64,000 nt of DNA, taken from an uncultured delta proteobacterium. Lineage in GTDB: Bacteria; Myxococcota_A; Polyangia; Fen-1088. The DNA lies in the NCBI GenBank assembly GCA_963796685.1, contig CAWCMR010000013.1:224001-288000 (forward strand). Reading direction: 5' to 3'. The notes below the pieces were generated by a model, which saw only the letters and a program-made list of their open reading frames with translations, did no database searches and was not told the origin of the DNA. Shown here piece after piece: positions 45,357 through 55,968 of this stretch. Made by a program: the position numbers and the translations under genes. How positions within the stretch are numbered: the stretch's first letter is position 1; each line of letters opens with the position of its first letter.

Positions 45357-46502
45357 ATGCGAAGAAGCTCTCCGTGTATCTACCTGTCATTCTTCATCTT
45401 GCTCGGATGCGCGCCGACCCGGTCGAGCGACGATTCCGGAAGTCAGCCATCCGCGGGTGGCCAGAGCAGCGCAAATGGCGGTCAGGGAGGGAGCGGAGGA
45501 GCGGGGAGCACGGGAGGATCAGGGGGAAGCAGCGCTGCCGGCGGATCGAGCGGTTCCGGAGGAACCAGCGCCGTGGGCGGTTCGAGCGGCGGCAGCGGTG
45601 GCGCGGCCAGCTCCGCAGATGCGGCGCAAGACGCGACCTTGGCACGCGGCGGTTCGGACGCGGCCAGCGGTGGAGCGAGCGGTGGTGGAGGCACGTCGAG
45701 CGGCGGCGGTGGCATGCTGCAAACCGGCGGCGCGGCAGGATCGGGCGGAAAGACTGGCATGGGCGGCGCCAGCGGCATGGGCGGCAAGACCGGCAGCGGG
45801 GGAACCAGCGGTACTGGTGGAGCCATCGGCACGGGTGGTAGCACGGCCCCAACGCCTTGTTCGTTTCCCTCGGACTGGGCGCCCAGCAGCCCCACCTACA
45901 CCACGTATGACCTTCCCAACCCGGCCACTGCTTGTGGTTACACGGGCAGCACCAACAACATCACCAACATCGCAGTCGGGTCGAACTACGCGGCCATACC
46001 AGGCCAGAGCCCAAGCAACTTCGACACCAGCAGCCGGTGCGGAGCCTGCGTGCAGATCGGCAGCGCCATCATCACCATCGTCGACGAATGCCCCTACGAT
46101 GCAGCCAGCAACAATCAACCGTGCGCGAACAATCCCAAGGGTCACCTGGATCTGAGCTCGGCCGCCGCTGGCGCGGCTGGCGTCAAGGGCGACCCCTCAC
46201 TCAAGAACCAGGCTGCATGGAAGTTCGTCCCCTGTCCGGTCAAAGGCAATGTCGTGGTTCGCCTCAAGCCCGGCAACAACAACGAGATGTACATCGAGAA
46301 CGTGATCCTGCCCATTCAGGCCGTGACGTGTGGCGGCCAGACTGGCTCGCGCACGAGCTACGGCGCCTGGCACTTTGGTGGAAATATCCCCGGCGCGAGC
46401 TGCGATTTGACCGACATTGCGGGGCGCAAGATCACGGTGACCGCGGGCAGCACGCAGGGGCAGAACGTCGATACGGGGACGCAGTTTCTCAAGTGCCAGT
46501 AG
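45357..46502 (+). CDS. Expansin-like (EXLX1/DPBB) lipoprotein with Gly/Ser linker
   Basis: LLGC lipobox; ACGY, YAA, CGAC, IVDECP, HLDLS and WKFVPCP, then an expansin D2-like tail. Confidence 0.8.
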   Translation: MRRSSPCIYLSFFILLGCAPTRSSDDSGSQPSAGGQSSANGGQGGSGGAGSTGGSGGSSAAGGSSGSGGTSAVGGSSGGSGGAASSADAAQDATLARGGSDAASGGASGGGGTSSGGGGMLQTGGAAGSGGKTGMGGASGMGGKTGSGGTSGTGGAIGTGGSTAPTPCSFPSDWAPSSPTYTTYDLPNPATACGYTGSTNNITNIAVGSNYAAIPGQSPSNFDTSSRCGACVQIGSAIITIVDECPYDAASNNQPCANNPKGHLDLSSAAAGAAGVKGDPSLKNQAAWKFVPCPVKGNVVVRLKPGNNNEMYIENVILPIQAVTCGGQTGSRTSYGAWHFGGNIPGASCDLTDIAGRKITVTAGSTQGQNVDTGTQFLKCQ

Positions 46503-46599
46503 CGCCGGCGCGCTTAGCCTTGATTCTCCCGGAATTGGCAGGCGTAGGCAGGCGGGCTTGCATGCTTGTCAGTCGACGGACGACGTGCAAGCGGGTACT

Positions 46600-48555
46600 A
46601 TGGTCGCGTTGATCGCCGCGAACGCCGACATCGCCGAGGAAGTCGAACTGGGGCGGACTCTCCTCGTACAGGGGCACCTGGACACCGCGCAGCGGGTCCT
46701 TCTCAAGATCTGCCAGGCGCAGCCCGAGTGCGCGGAGGCATTTCGGGTTTTGGCGCTGGTGCTGAGCAAACGAGGCGATGAGCGCCGTGCGCGCCCGCTT
46801 CTCGACTATGCAGAAGAGCTCGACGCCCAACGGACGCGGGAGATTCCGACAGCCCTCGACGATGTTCCGTCCGATGCCGAGACCAAGCAGAACCGGTTGG
46901 CCATGCAGACCACGGCTCAAGTCAAGCCGCCCGCAAAGCCAGCTGGCGCGCATGCTCCCGTCGTATCCGAACCGGTGGGACACCTCTTGGCGCCGAAGGC
47001 ACCGCTTTCCCTACCGGCGAGCTTACCCGTGCAAGCGGTTTCTGCTCCGGCGTCGGCGAATCCAGTGCCGAGGTCGCGCGCAGGGTGGGCGATCTTTGCG
47101 CTGCTGTTGTGCGCGGCCCTGGCTGCAGGCGCGGCGGCGGCCTACAAGCAATACGGCCGGACCACGCCTGCGCGTCCGAGCCCTCGCGAAGAGCTGGACC
47201 GTTCTCTCGCCTCGGGAACGGTCGAACACCTCCTGCGGGCTCGCGATGTGGCACGGATGGCACTCGAGAGCGGCGTGGCCGATGCCGACTCCCTGGCGCG
47301 CCTGGGTCTTCTCAATGCTTTCCTGATGGACGACTACGGGATCGAGGCCAAGAAAGACGCCGAAGACGCCCTTCGCCGCGCCGAGATGTCCCCCGAGACG
47401 AACAAGGATAGAGCCGCTCTCATCGCCAGCGCTCGTTCACTGCTTGCGCTTGCGGCGGGTGATCGTGCGGCCGCGGGGAAGCTTGCCGATACGGCGGTCG
47501 CGCTTACGGCACCGGACCCTGGCGCCTTTGCACTGCTGGCTTCGGCTCGCGTTCGCACGTTGGCCGGAGATGTCGAGGGCACCGCGCGGGATCTGGACCG
47601 GGCCATGGGGCTCGCCCCCGAGTTGGCCCCGGTGGTCGTGGATTGGGCGACCTCTCGGCTCGATGGTGGCGATCCCGTGGCCGCCCGTCGAGCGATGGTG
47701 ACCTTGCTCGAGCGGAACCAGGACAATTCGAAGGCACTGCTCTTGCTCGCGGAGGCCCAGTGCGCCTTGGGCGAACCCGACTGGGTGAAGAGCTTGGAAA
47801 AGGCCTGCCGAAGCGACGCGAAGATTTCGCGCAGCATTCGCTCGGCCTGCGCGGTCGAATCAGCCTTGCAGGCACGCATCGAAGGCGATCGTGCCGGGGC
47901 CCTCCGCAAAGCCAAGGCGATAGCGCAGACCTCCGAGGATGCCCAGGTGCTCGGCACGGCTTCCCTCCTGCTTTCGCTGCTCGGCGAGACCGACCTGGCC
48001 GAAGAGGTCCTCGATCGGGCGCGCAAAGTCGCCGCCCCCGCCAATGTGCCCCTGCAATGGGCGGACTTGTCCATTCGACTGAGCCGGGGCGAAGCACCGC
48101 AGCTCTCGCGTGTCCTGGAACGTCCGGCAGGGCCCGAGCGCGATGTGGTGGCGCTGAGGGCCGCCTATGCGCGGGCCGGAGCTGCCGGATTGGCCACCGC
48201 GCTCAAGGCGCTTCCTCCGGGAATCCAGGACATCGACGGGGATGTGCGCGCCTATGCCGTCCTGGCTCGAGAGGGCGAACCTTCCAAACCAGAGCTGACG
48301 GCGATGGAGAAACGCGTGGAAAAGGGCAGCCCTGTGTTTTCCTACGTGCTGGGCCTCTTGGCCGCGCGTGACAAAGACTTCAAATTGGCGGTGCGGAGGC
48401 TGGACAAGGCATTGTCCTGGCACGGTGCCGCTTGTCAGGCCGCGCTGGCGTACTTGGATGCGGTCAAGCATGCGGGGCGTGGGGTGCAACCCAACAAGGC
48501 CGGACTGCGCAATGTGCATGCGCACAACGCCAAATGCCCCTTGCCCGAGATGTAG
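46600..48555 (+). CDS. TPR-repeat membrane protein
   Basis: N-terminal TPR, Pro-rich linker, TM and Ala/Leu-rich helical repeats. Confidence 0.75.
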   Translation: MVALIAANADIAEEVELGRTLLVQGHLDTAQRVLLKICQAQPECAEAFRVLALVLSKRGDERRARPLLDYAEELDAQRTREIPTALDDVPSDAETKQNRLAMQTTAQVKPPAKPAGAHAPVVSEPVGHLLAPKAPLSLPASLPVQAVSAPASANPVPRSRAGWAIFALLLCAALAAGAAAAYKQYGRTTPARPSPREELDRSLASGTVEHLLRARDVARMALESGVADADSLARLGLLNAFLMDDYGIEAKKDAEDALRRAEMSPETNKDRAALIASARSLLALAAGDRAAAGKLADTAVALTAPDPGAFALLASARVRTLAGDVEGTARDLDRAMGLAPELAPVVVDWATSRLDGGDPVAARRAMVTLLERNQDNSKALLLLAEAQCALGEPDWVKSLEKACRSDAKISRSIRSACAVESALQARIEGDRAGALRKAKAIAQTSEDAQVLGTASLLLSLLGETDLAEEVLDRARKVAAPANVPLQWADLSIRLSRGEAPQLSRVLERPAGPERDVVALRAAYARAGAAGLATALKALPPGIQDIDGDVRAYAVLAREGEPSKPELTAMEKRVEKGSPVFSYVLGLLAARDKDFKLAVRRLDKALSWHGAACQAALAYLDAVKHAGRGVQPNKAGLRNVHAHNAKCPLPEM

Positions 48556-48608
48556 ACGACGCATGATTCGCTGCCGTCATGCCGCAGTGAAGTGTCGGGA
48601 TGACGGGT

Positions 48609-48707
48609 GGTCGTGGATGTAGACGGTTTACCGTGGCTGTAAGGCGTCTTCGCCGTCGTGGCCAACGGCAGTTACAACCGGCCACGGCCACGGCCACGGC
48701 CACGACC
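48609..48707. repeat. Hexamer-based imperfect palindrome with (GGCCAC)x4
   Basis: GGTCGTGG 48609-48616 pairs with CCACGACC 48700-48707; GGCCAC x4 at 48680-48703. Confidence 0.65.
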
Positions 48708-48732
48708 TTCTGCGGCTATCGCGGGATTAGGG

Positions 48733-49068
48733 TTTGAGGGTTCCCATTGCTCGCGTAGGCGTAGCCGGGCTTTGCCCGGCGACGCCATAGCGCGGGAGGG
48801 TTTGGGAACCCTTTGAGGGGTTCCCATTGCTCGCGTAGGCGTAGCCGGGCTTTGCCCGGCGACGCCATAGCGCGGGAGGGTTTGGGAACCCTTTGAGGGG
48901 TTCCCATTGCTCGCGTAGGCGTAGCCGGGCTTTGCCCGGCGACGCCATAGCGCGGGAGGGTTTGGGAACCCTTTGAGGGTTCCCATTGCTCGCGTAGGCG
49001 TAGCCGGGCTTTGCCCGGCGACGCCATAGCGCGGGAGGGTTTGGGAACCCTTTGAGGGTTCCCATTGC
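48733..49068 (+). repeat. Structured repeat family locus 5: tandem array of four 79-80 bp units
   Basis: TCGCGTAGGCGTAGCCGGGCTTTGCCCGGCGACGCCATAGCGCGGGAGGGTTTGGGAACCCTTTGAGGG(G)TTCCCATTGC at 48751, 48831, 48911 and 48990. Confidence 0.95.
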
Positions 49069-49075
49069 AATAGGG

Positions 49076-49104
49076 TTGACCTGTGAGCCTGGGCAGGCTA
49101 AATC
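49076..49104 (+). promoter_or_regulatory. Putative sigma70 promoter of efp
   Basis: TTGACC-17 bp-TAAATC, ending 10 bp before the ATG. Confidence 0.45.
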
Positions 49105-49114
49105 CGCCCATCCA

Positions 49115-49687
49115 ATGGCTTCGTACGACACATCCGACATCCGCAAGGGGCTCAAGGTCATGCTGGACGGCAATCCGTTCACGGTGGTCGAGTTCCAATT
49201 CATCAAGCCTGGCAAGGGCGCGGCCTTCACGCGCACCAAGCTCAAGAACCTGCTCACGGGCGGCGTGATCGAACGCAACCTGCGGTCGGGTGAGAAGCTC
49301 GAGCCGGCCAATGTCGAGACCAAGTCGATGCAGTATCTGTACAAGGAAGGCGACTCGTTCGTGTTCATGGACACAAGCACCTACGACCAGGTTCACATCC
49401 CCGACGAGACCATTGGCGACGACGCGCGCTTCATGCCCGAACAGATCGTCGTCGAGGTGTTGTTCTTCAACGAGCGCGCCGTCGGCGTGACGTTGCCCAA
49501 CTTCATCGAGCAGAAGGTGCTGGCGACCGAGCCCGGGTTCCGCGGCGACACGGCCACGGGGGTCACCAAGCCCGCGAAGATCAGCACGGGTGCTTCGATC
49601 AATGTGCCGTTGTTCATCAACGAGGGCGACACCATCAAGATCGACACGCGCTCGGGCGAGTACCTCAAGCGCGTCGGACGTGCCTAG
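49115..49687 (+). CDS. efp: Elongation factor P
   Basis: KPGKGAAF, MQYLY, PGFRGDTA and VPLFINEGD.IKIDTR. Confidence 0.98.
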   Translation: MASYDTSDIRKGLKVMLDGNPFTVVEFQFIKPGKGAAFTRTKLKNLLTGGVIERNLRSGEKLEPANVETKSMQYLYKEGDSFVFMDTSTYDQVHIPDETIGDDARFMPEQIVVEVLFFNERAVGVTLPNFIEQKVLATEPGFRGDTATGVTKPAKISTGASINVPLFINEGDTIKIDTRSGEYLKRVGRA

Positions 49688-49706
49688 AGAGCGCCGAAGG
49701 GTTCGT

Positions 49707-49731
49707 GTAGGGGCGGGTTTCAAACCCGCCC
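49707..49731 (+). repeat. GTAG-family REP element
   Basis: GTAG-GGGCGGGTTT-C-AAACCCGCCC. Confidence 0.75.
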
Positions 49732-49755
49732 GTCCAGGCATGGGGGAGGTGGAAC

Positions 49756-50769
49756 GTGGATGAACGCGATCGACTTGCGACGCGGAGGCCGGCGCTCGTC
49801 GCGCGGGCCGCGATCATGCGGGCGGTGCGGGGCTACTTCGAGGCGCAGGGTTTCCTGGAGGTGGAGACGCCGGCGCGTGTGCTGTCGCCGGGGCAGGAGC
49901 TGCACCTGGAGGCGATTCCGGCGGGTGGCGGACGGCATCTCATCACGTCGCCCGAATACCACATGAAACGGTTGGTGGCGGGCGGGCTTGGGCGCATCGT
50001 GCAGTTCTGCCGCTGCTTTCGTGCCGAGGAAGTCGGGCCTTTTCACCAGCCGGAGTTCACCATGATCGAGTGGTACCGTGCTGGTGGCACCATGGTCGAG
50101 CTGATGCGCGACTGCGAAGCCATCGTCGAAGTCGCCGCTCACGCGGTGGGCACGTGGCCGAGGGCCTCCGTGCCGGACAACCGCCGAAGCCCGTACGGCG
50201 CCGAGGTCCTGGCGCTGGATGGAATGTTCGAGCGGACCACGGTTCGAGAGTTGTTTCGGCGCCATGCTGGCGTGGACCTTCGCGGCGACGAAAGCGAGGC
50301 CGACATGCGCGCTGTCGCCACGCGCGCTGGCTGCAAGGTCGGGCCGGCCGCTGCCTGGGACGACGCGTTCTATCAAATATTCCTGGACCGAATCGAAGCG
50401 CGTCTGGGATGTCTGCGGCCGACCTTCGTCCTCGACTGGCCCGTGCCGCTCGGTGCGCTGGCGCGGCGCAAACCCGACGATCCTCTCACGGTCGAGCGTT
50501 TCGAGCTCTACGCTGGCGGGGTGGAGTTGGCCAACGCGTTCGGCGAATTGACGGATGCGGTCGAGCAGCGTTCCCGGTTCGTCGAGGAAGCCGAGCTGCG
50601 GCGCCAGCGGGGCAGGGGCGTCTACCCCATCGACGAGAAACTGCTGACGGCGCTTGGTCACATGCCTTCCACCTGCGGAATCGCCCTTGGCTTCGATCGC
50701 TTGGTGATGTTGATACTTGGCGCGTCAAGGATTCGCGACGTCCTGGCCTTCGCCGATGACGAGGCGTAG
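49756..50769 (+). CDS. epmA: EF-P lysine aminoacylase (EpmA/GenX)
   Basis: FLEVETP, TSPEYHMKRL, HQPEFTMIEWYR, ERFELY, ELANAFGEL and GIALGFDRL; no anticodon domain; next to efp. Confidence 0.95.
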   Translation: MDERDRLATRRPALVARAAIMRAVRGYFEAQGFLEVETPARVLSPGQELHLEAIPAGGGRHLITSPEYHMKRLVAGGLGRIVQFCRCFRAEEVGPFHQPEFTMIEWYRAGGTMVELMRDCEAIVEVAAHAVGTWPRASVPDNRRSPYGAEVLALDGMFERTTVRELFRRHAGVDLRGDESEADMRAVATRAGCKVGPAAAWDDAFYQIFLDRIEARLGCLRPTFVLDWPVPLGALARRKPDDPLTVERFELYAGGVELANAFGELTDAVEQRSRFVEEAELRRQRGRGVYPIDEKLLTALGHMPSTCGIALGFDRLVMLILGASRIRDVLAFADDEA

Positions 50770-50819
50770 CAGCATCCTTGCTTGACCCGAGATCCCCCCT
50801 CTGGTAAGCGTTTGCCCTC

Positions 50820-51182
50820 GTGACTCAATTTCTATGTTCAATGGCTCAGGCAGCATCCACGTCCCAGGGACAGCCGTCCGGGACGGGCGGGCTCTCACAG
50901 ATGCTCGTTCCCATGCTGCTCATCTTCGGCGTTATGTACCTCCTGGTCATCCGGCCCCAGTCCAAGCGGGCCAAGGAGACGCAGAAGATGCTTGCCGAGC
51001 TGAAAAAAGGCGACGAGGTTGTCACCACCGGCGGCATGATCGGCCGTATCTCCGGAATCAAGGATACCGAGATCACGCTCCAGGTGCAGGAGGGCGTGCG
51101 CATCAGGATTCAGCGCAGTGCTGTGACCGGGCGGCTCAAGACCTCAACGGAGCCACCCAAGACTGAGGCCAAGGCCTCGTAG
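50820..51182 (+). CDS. yajC: Preprotein translocase subunit YajC
   Basis: MYLLVIRPQ and LKKGDEVVTTGGMIG; start is 50820 or 50841. Confidence 0.95.
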   Translation: MTQFLCSMAQAASTSQGQPSGTGGLSQMLVPMLLIFGVMYLLVIRPQSKRAKETQKMLAELKKGDEVVTTGGMIGRISGIKDTEITLQVQEGVRIRIQRSAVTGRLKTSTEPPKTEAKAS

Positions 51183-51200
51183 CCTTACAAGGAACACTCG

Positions 51201-52982
51201 ATGGAACGATCGTGGTGGTGGAAGGCCGCGCTATATTTCGCGGCAATCGTGCTGGCAGTGCTTTATCTGGTGCCCACCGTGGTGCCCGAGGACAAGCAGC
51301 CCGCCTTCATTCAAAAGTACTTCAAGAAGAAGATCCAGCTGGGCTTGGACCTCAAGGGCGGTTTGCACCTCGTCTACGAGGTGAACATCGAGAAGGCGGT
51401 CGCGAGCAAGGTCGACCGCCTGGCCAACGAGGTGGACGACGCGCTCAAGAAGAAGGGCGCCGATTTCACCATCGTGCGCAGCGGGCGCGACGACATCACC
51501 GTCACCTTCAAGGTGCCGGGTGAAATGTCCAAGCTCGACGACGAGCTTCTCAAACCTTACCGCCGCGACTTGGATGTCGTGAGCCGCGACCCGGCCACGG
51601 GCACGGTGAAGCTGAAGTACGATTCGGACCGCGTGGCCGAAGTCGAGGAGATGGCGCTACGCCAGGCCATCGAGACCATCCGGGGTCGCGTGGATGCCTT
51701 CGGCGTGGCCGAGCCCACCATCATCAAGAAGGGCACCGACATCGTGGTCGAGTTGCCCGGTGCCAAGGCCCAGGACTTCGAGCGAATCAAGGGCATCATC
51801 GGTCGCACCGCCCAGCTCGAGTTCAAGATCGTGGACGACGGCTCCGAGTACATGAAGAAGGTCGCGGCGTCCGTGCCCAAGGACAGTCCGATCAAAGTCG
51901 TTCCCGAGTCCTGGACGGAGAAACACTCGGGTGCACAGCACGAGGATCTCTACCTGCGCGTGAAGGAAAAGGACAAAGACGTCCTGACGAAGTTCATCGC
52001 CGGCCTCTCGGGTGATCTGGCGATCCCGAACGATCGCGAAATCGCGCTCGAGCTGATGAGCCCGCGCGAGGTCAGCGAAGGGACGCCGGACAGATACTAC
52101 CGCACCTATCTGCTCAAGAAGCGCGCTGGCGTCACGGGCGAGTACCTGGCCAACGCCGACGAGAGCTGGGACGAGATGGGGCGACCCGAGGTCGCCTTCA
52201 CCATGAATCGTCAGGGCGCCAACTTGATGGAGAAGCTGACGGGCGAGAACGTGGGGCGCAAGATGGCCGTCGTTCTCGACGACAAGATCACGAGCGCGCC
52301 GGTCATCGAGTCGAAGATCGGCGAACGCGGCCGAATCACGATGGGGGGCTACGGCGATCCGGCCAAGCTCCAGCAAGAGGTCAAGGATCTGGTCGGGGTG
52401 CTGCGTTCGGGTGCGTTGCCGGCGCCGCTCAAGAAGGTCTTCGAGACCCAGGTCGGCGCGACCATGGGCCAGGACGCCATCGACAAGGCCGAGTTCTCCA
52501 TGGGCATCGGCGCACTGGCCGTCGTCCTCTTCATGCTCATCTATTACCGGGTGGCCGGCCTCATCGCCAACCTCGCGATGACGCTCAACATGCTCTTCAT
52601 GATGGCGATCTTGGCCGCCTTCGAGGCCTCGTTGACCCTACCCGGTATCGCGGGCTTGGTGCTCACGATTGGTATGGCGGTGGATTCCAACATCATCATC
52701 TACGAGCGCATACGAGAGGAGCTGCGTATGGGCAAATCGCCGCGCACAGCGGTGGACGCGGGCTTCCAGCGCGCCTTCTGGACCGTGTTCGACGCCCACG
52801 TCACCAACTTCGTGGCCGGCATCGTGCTCTACTCGTATGGTTCCGGGCCCATCCGCGGGTTCGCCGTGACCTTGCTCGTCGGCATCGTCACCAACCTGCT
52901 CACCTCGGTGTGGATCTCGCACTGGATGTTCCAGCTTCTGGTGAACCGCCGCGGGACGGTCAAGGCCACGCTTTCAATCTAG
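51201..52982 (+). CDS. secD: Protein translocase subunit SecD
   Basis: LGLDLKGG, GVAEP, LRSGALPA and LTLPGIAGLVLTIGMAVDSNIIIYERIREE. Confidence 0.97.
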   Translation: MERSWWWKAALYFAAIVLAVLYLVPTVVPEDKQPAFIQKYFKKKIQLGLDLKGGLHLVYEVNIEKAVASKVDRLANEVDDALKKKGADFTIVRSGRDDITVTFKVPGEMSKLDDELLKPYRRDLDVVSRDPATGTVKLKYDSDRVAEVEEMALRQAIETIRGRVDAFGVAEPTIIKKGTDIVVELPGAKAQDFERIKGIIGRTAQLEFKIVDDGSEYMKKVAASVPKDSPIKVVPESWTEKHSGAQHEDLYLRVKEKDKDVLTKFIAGLSGDLAIPNDREIALELMSPREVSEGTPDRYYRTYLLKKRAGVTGEYLANADESWDEMGRPEVAFTMNRQGANLMEKLTGENVGRKMAVVLDDKITSAPVIESKIGERGRITMGGYGDPAKLQQEVKDLVGVLRSGALPAPLKKVFETQVGATMGQDAIDKAEFSMGIGALAVVLFMLIYYRVAGLIANLAMTLNMLFMMAILAAFEASLTLPGIAGLVLTIGMAVDSNIIIYERIREELRMGKSPRTAVDAGFQRAFWTVFDAHVTNFVAGIVLYSYGSGPIRGFAVTLLVGIVTNLLTSVWISHWMFQLLVNRRGTVKATLSI

Positions 52983-53000
52983 CAGGCAGGAGAGATACCG

Positions 53001-54254
53001 ATGGCGGAGCAACAGAAATTCTTTGAAGTCATCAAGTCGGGCACCGACATCGACTTCATCGGCAACCAGAAATACTGGATTGGGACGTCGATCTTCCTTG
53101 TCCTCCTGACCTTCGTCATGTTGCCGGTCAACGCGTACCTCATCAAGGACCGCGGCCACATGCTGAACTGGGGTGTGGATTTCAAGGGCGGCACCGAGCT
53201 GGTGGTCGAGTTCAGCAAGCCCGTGGACGCATCGCAGGTGCGTGATGCCTTGAACGCGGCGGGGTTGGAAAACGCCGACGTGGTGAAGTACGGCGGCACC
53301 GCGACGACGGCCTTCATGATTCGACTTGGTGCCGTCTCGATCATGTCGGCGGAGCAGGCCAAGAAAATCGAGGTTGCCCTCGCCCATGTCGGCGATGCCA
53401 GCCTCCACAAGCTCGAATCCTCGGAGGGTGGAGACAAGATCTACCTGCGCTTCGACAAGAACGTCGAGCCCAACGCCATCACCGCAGCGCTAGGCGCAAC
53501 GGGAACCGAATCGACCCAGATTCAGGCCTTCGGTCCACCCGAGGACCACACTTATGAGGTTACCCTCATCGGCATGGACCGGGTGGTACGCAAGGCCCTG
53601 GACGCCAAGCTGGGCGCGGGGACGGTGAAGGCCATCCCGCAGGTCTCGTCCGTCGGCGCCAAGGCCGGCAAGCAGCTTCAGGTCGACGGCGTGCGCGCCT
53701 TGCTCGGCGCCATCCTCCTCATCGTCATCTACGTGGCCTTTCGTTTCGACTTCCGCTACGGCCCAGGTACCATCGTGGCCTTGTTGCACGACGCGGTCAT
53801 CACCGTGGGCGCTTTTGCCGTCACCTACAAGGAATTCTCGCTTACCACGCTGGCCGCGATCTTGACCATCATCGGCTTCTCGATGAACGACACCATCGTG
53901 GTTTTCGACCGTATTCGCGAGAACGCGGCCAAGTACCGCGACAGGAAGTTCGACAAGGTCGTGAACCATGCCATCAACGAGACCCTGTCGCGCACCATCC
54001 TGACCAGCGCCACGGTCTTTTTCGTAACCCTGGCCATGAACGTCTTCGGCACCGGCGTCATTCGCGACTTCGCCTTCGCCATGAACGTCGGCGTGATCGT
54101 CGGCACCTACTCGTCGATCTTCATCGCCAGCCCGATCCTCATCTGGCTCAACGAGAAGTACGTGGCCATGCAGAAACGACAGTCCTCACGCCCCGAGCGC
54201 AACGTGCGCAAGCCGGTCCGACGCGACGAAGAAGAACCCGTCGAGACGACCTAG
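53001..54254 (+). CDS. secF: Protein translocase subunit SecF
   Basis: GVDFKGG, ALLHD, GFSMNDTIVVFDRIRE, TLSRT and GTYSSIFIA. Confidence 0.97.
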   Translation: MAEQQKFFEVIKSGTDIDFIGNQKYWIGTSIFLVLLTFVMLPVNAYLIKDRGHMLNWGVDFKGGTELVVEFSKPVDASQVRDALNAAGLENADVVKYGGTATTAFMIRLGAVSIMSAEQAKKIEVALAHVGDASLHKLESSEGGDKIYLRFDKNVEPNAITAALGATGTESTQIQAFGPPEDHTYEVTLIGMDRVVRKALDAKLGAGTVKAIPQVSSVGAKAGKQLQVDGVRALLGAILLIVIYVAFRFDFRYGPGTIVALLHDAVITVGAFAVTYKEFSLTTLAAILTIIGFSMNDTIVVFDRIRENAAKYRDRKFDKVVNHAINETLSRTILTSATVFFVTLAMNVFGTGVIRDFAFAMNVGVIVGTYSSIFIASPILIWLNEKYVAMQKRQSSRPERNVRKPVRRDEEEPVETT

Positions 54255-54266
54255 ACCGGGCCGGCC

Positions 54267-55968
54267 ATGGCCGTTGCTTGGCGTCTCAGACCGGCCGACG
54301 AGGACAGCGCGAGAGGACTCGTGGTCGGCCTTGGGATGCGCGGGCTGACCGCCCGTATCCTCGCCGCGCGCGGATTCTCGACCAGCGAACGTGCCTCGCG
54401 CTTTCTGTCACCGCGGCTTGCGGAGCTGCGGCCCCCGCTTGGCATGGCGGATCTGGATCGCGCCCTGGATCGTATCGCGCGCGCTGTACGTGACAACGAA
54501 AAGGTCGCCGTGTTCGGCGACTACGATGTGGATGGCATCACCAGCGCGGCCATTCTCAACCAGTTGCTGTGCTCCCTCGGCCTGCAGGTGGCGACCCGAA
54601 TGGCCAGGCGTGCCTCGGGTTATGGCTTCTCCCTGGGCGATGCCACGTCTTTCGTCGAGCGAGGTTGCACCCTGGTCCTGACCGGTGACTGTGGAACGAG
54701 CGACCACGATTCGCTGGCCTTCTGTCGCAGCCGCGGCGTCGACGTCATCGTCATCGACCACCATCACGTGCCGACCGGCGAGAGCGCTGCCTATGCGTTG
54801 CTCAATTCCCATCGACAGGACGACACCTTCGCCTTCAAGGGCCTCGCCTCTTGCGGCGTGGCATTCTACCTCGCGGCGGCGGTGCGGTCGCGACTGCGCG
54901 CCGAGGGGGACAGTCGGGGCGACAGCCTCGACCCGCGCGCTTGGCTGGACTTGGTCGCCCTGGGCACGATTGCCGATTTGGTTCCGCTCGTGGACGAGAA
55001 TCGAATTCTGGTGTCGGCCGGCTTGCGCGAGCTTCTCGGCGCTGCGACGGCCGGGCATCGCCGCGCTCGCCGGCATCGCGGGTATTTCGTCCGCCGAGCT
55101 CGACACCGCCGACATCAGTTTCCGGCTGGCACCGCGGCTCAACGCCGCCGGCCGTCTCGGCGATTCGCAGCTCGCGCTCGACCTGCTTTTGGCCAGCGAC
55201 AAGGCCGAGGCAACGCGACTGGCGACCAACCTCGACGACCTGAACCGCGAGCGCCAACGCATCCAGGAGCGAATCTGGGGGGAAGCGGTCGCGCAGGCCG
55301 AGCAGCGCGGCGGCGATGCAGCGTTGGTCCTGGGGGCGGAAGGATGGCACCAGGGCGTGGTAGGCGTCGTGGCGGCGAAGCTGGTCGAGAAGTATCGCAG
55401 GCCCGTCGTCATCATCGGATTCGACAAGGGGCAAGGCAGGGGGTCCGCGCGTACCCTGGGCGGCTTCGACCTGTACCAGGCGCTGTCCCAATGTCGGGAG
55501 CATCTTTCGGCTTTCGGCGGTCATTCCATGGCCGCCGGTGTCGGCTTGCCATGGGAGAACCTGGCCGATTTTCGTGCCGCATTCGTGACCGCCGCGTGCG
55601 CCCATTTTGCGTCGACGCCGACGGAAGACACCGTGGAGGTCGATGCCATCGCGACCTTGTCCGAGCTGGACACGATTCAAATCGAGGAGTTGGACCGGCT
55701 CGCGCCTTTCGGAAACGCGAACGGCGAGCCGCTCATCGTGGTCCCGGGCGTCGTCGCCCGAAGCACGCGGGTGGTTGGAACGTCACACCTTCAGCTCACC
55801 TTGACCCATGGCGCCTCGGTCAGCGAGGCCATCGCCTTCGGCATGGCCGACAAGGATCCGGGGCAGGGCGCCCGACTGGATGTCATCGGAACGGCGGAGC
55901 TTGACGAGTTTCGCGGCCAGCGCAAGATTCGATTGCGTCTGCGGCACTTGATGAGGAGCGTGTCTTGA
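54267..55968 (+). CDS. recJ: ssDNA exonuclease RecJ, frameshifted at ~55035
   Basis: GDYDVDG, DCG, IDHH and ALGTIAD in frame 1; APRLNAAGRL, WHQGVVG, GSAR, FGGH and APFGNAN in frame 2. Confidence 0.93.

Noticed and set aside
48733-49068. CRISPR array or repeat-protein ORFs (48672-49070 and others)
   Set aside because: No spacers; the ORFs are by-products of tandem DNA repeats with frame-changing 79/80-bp periods
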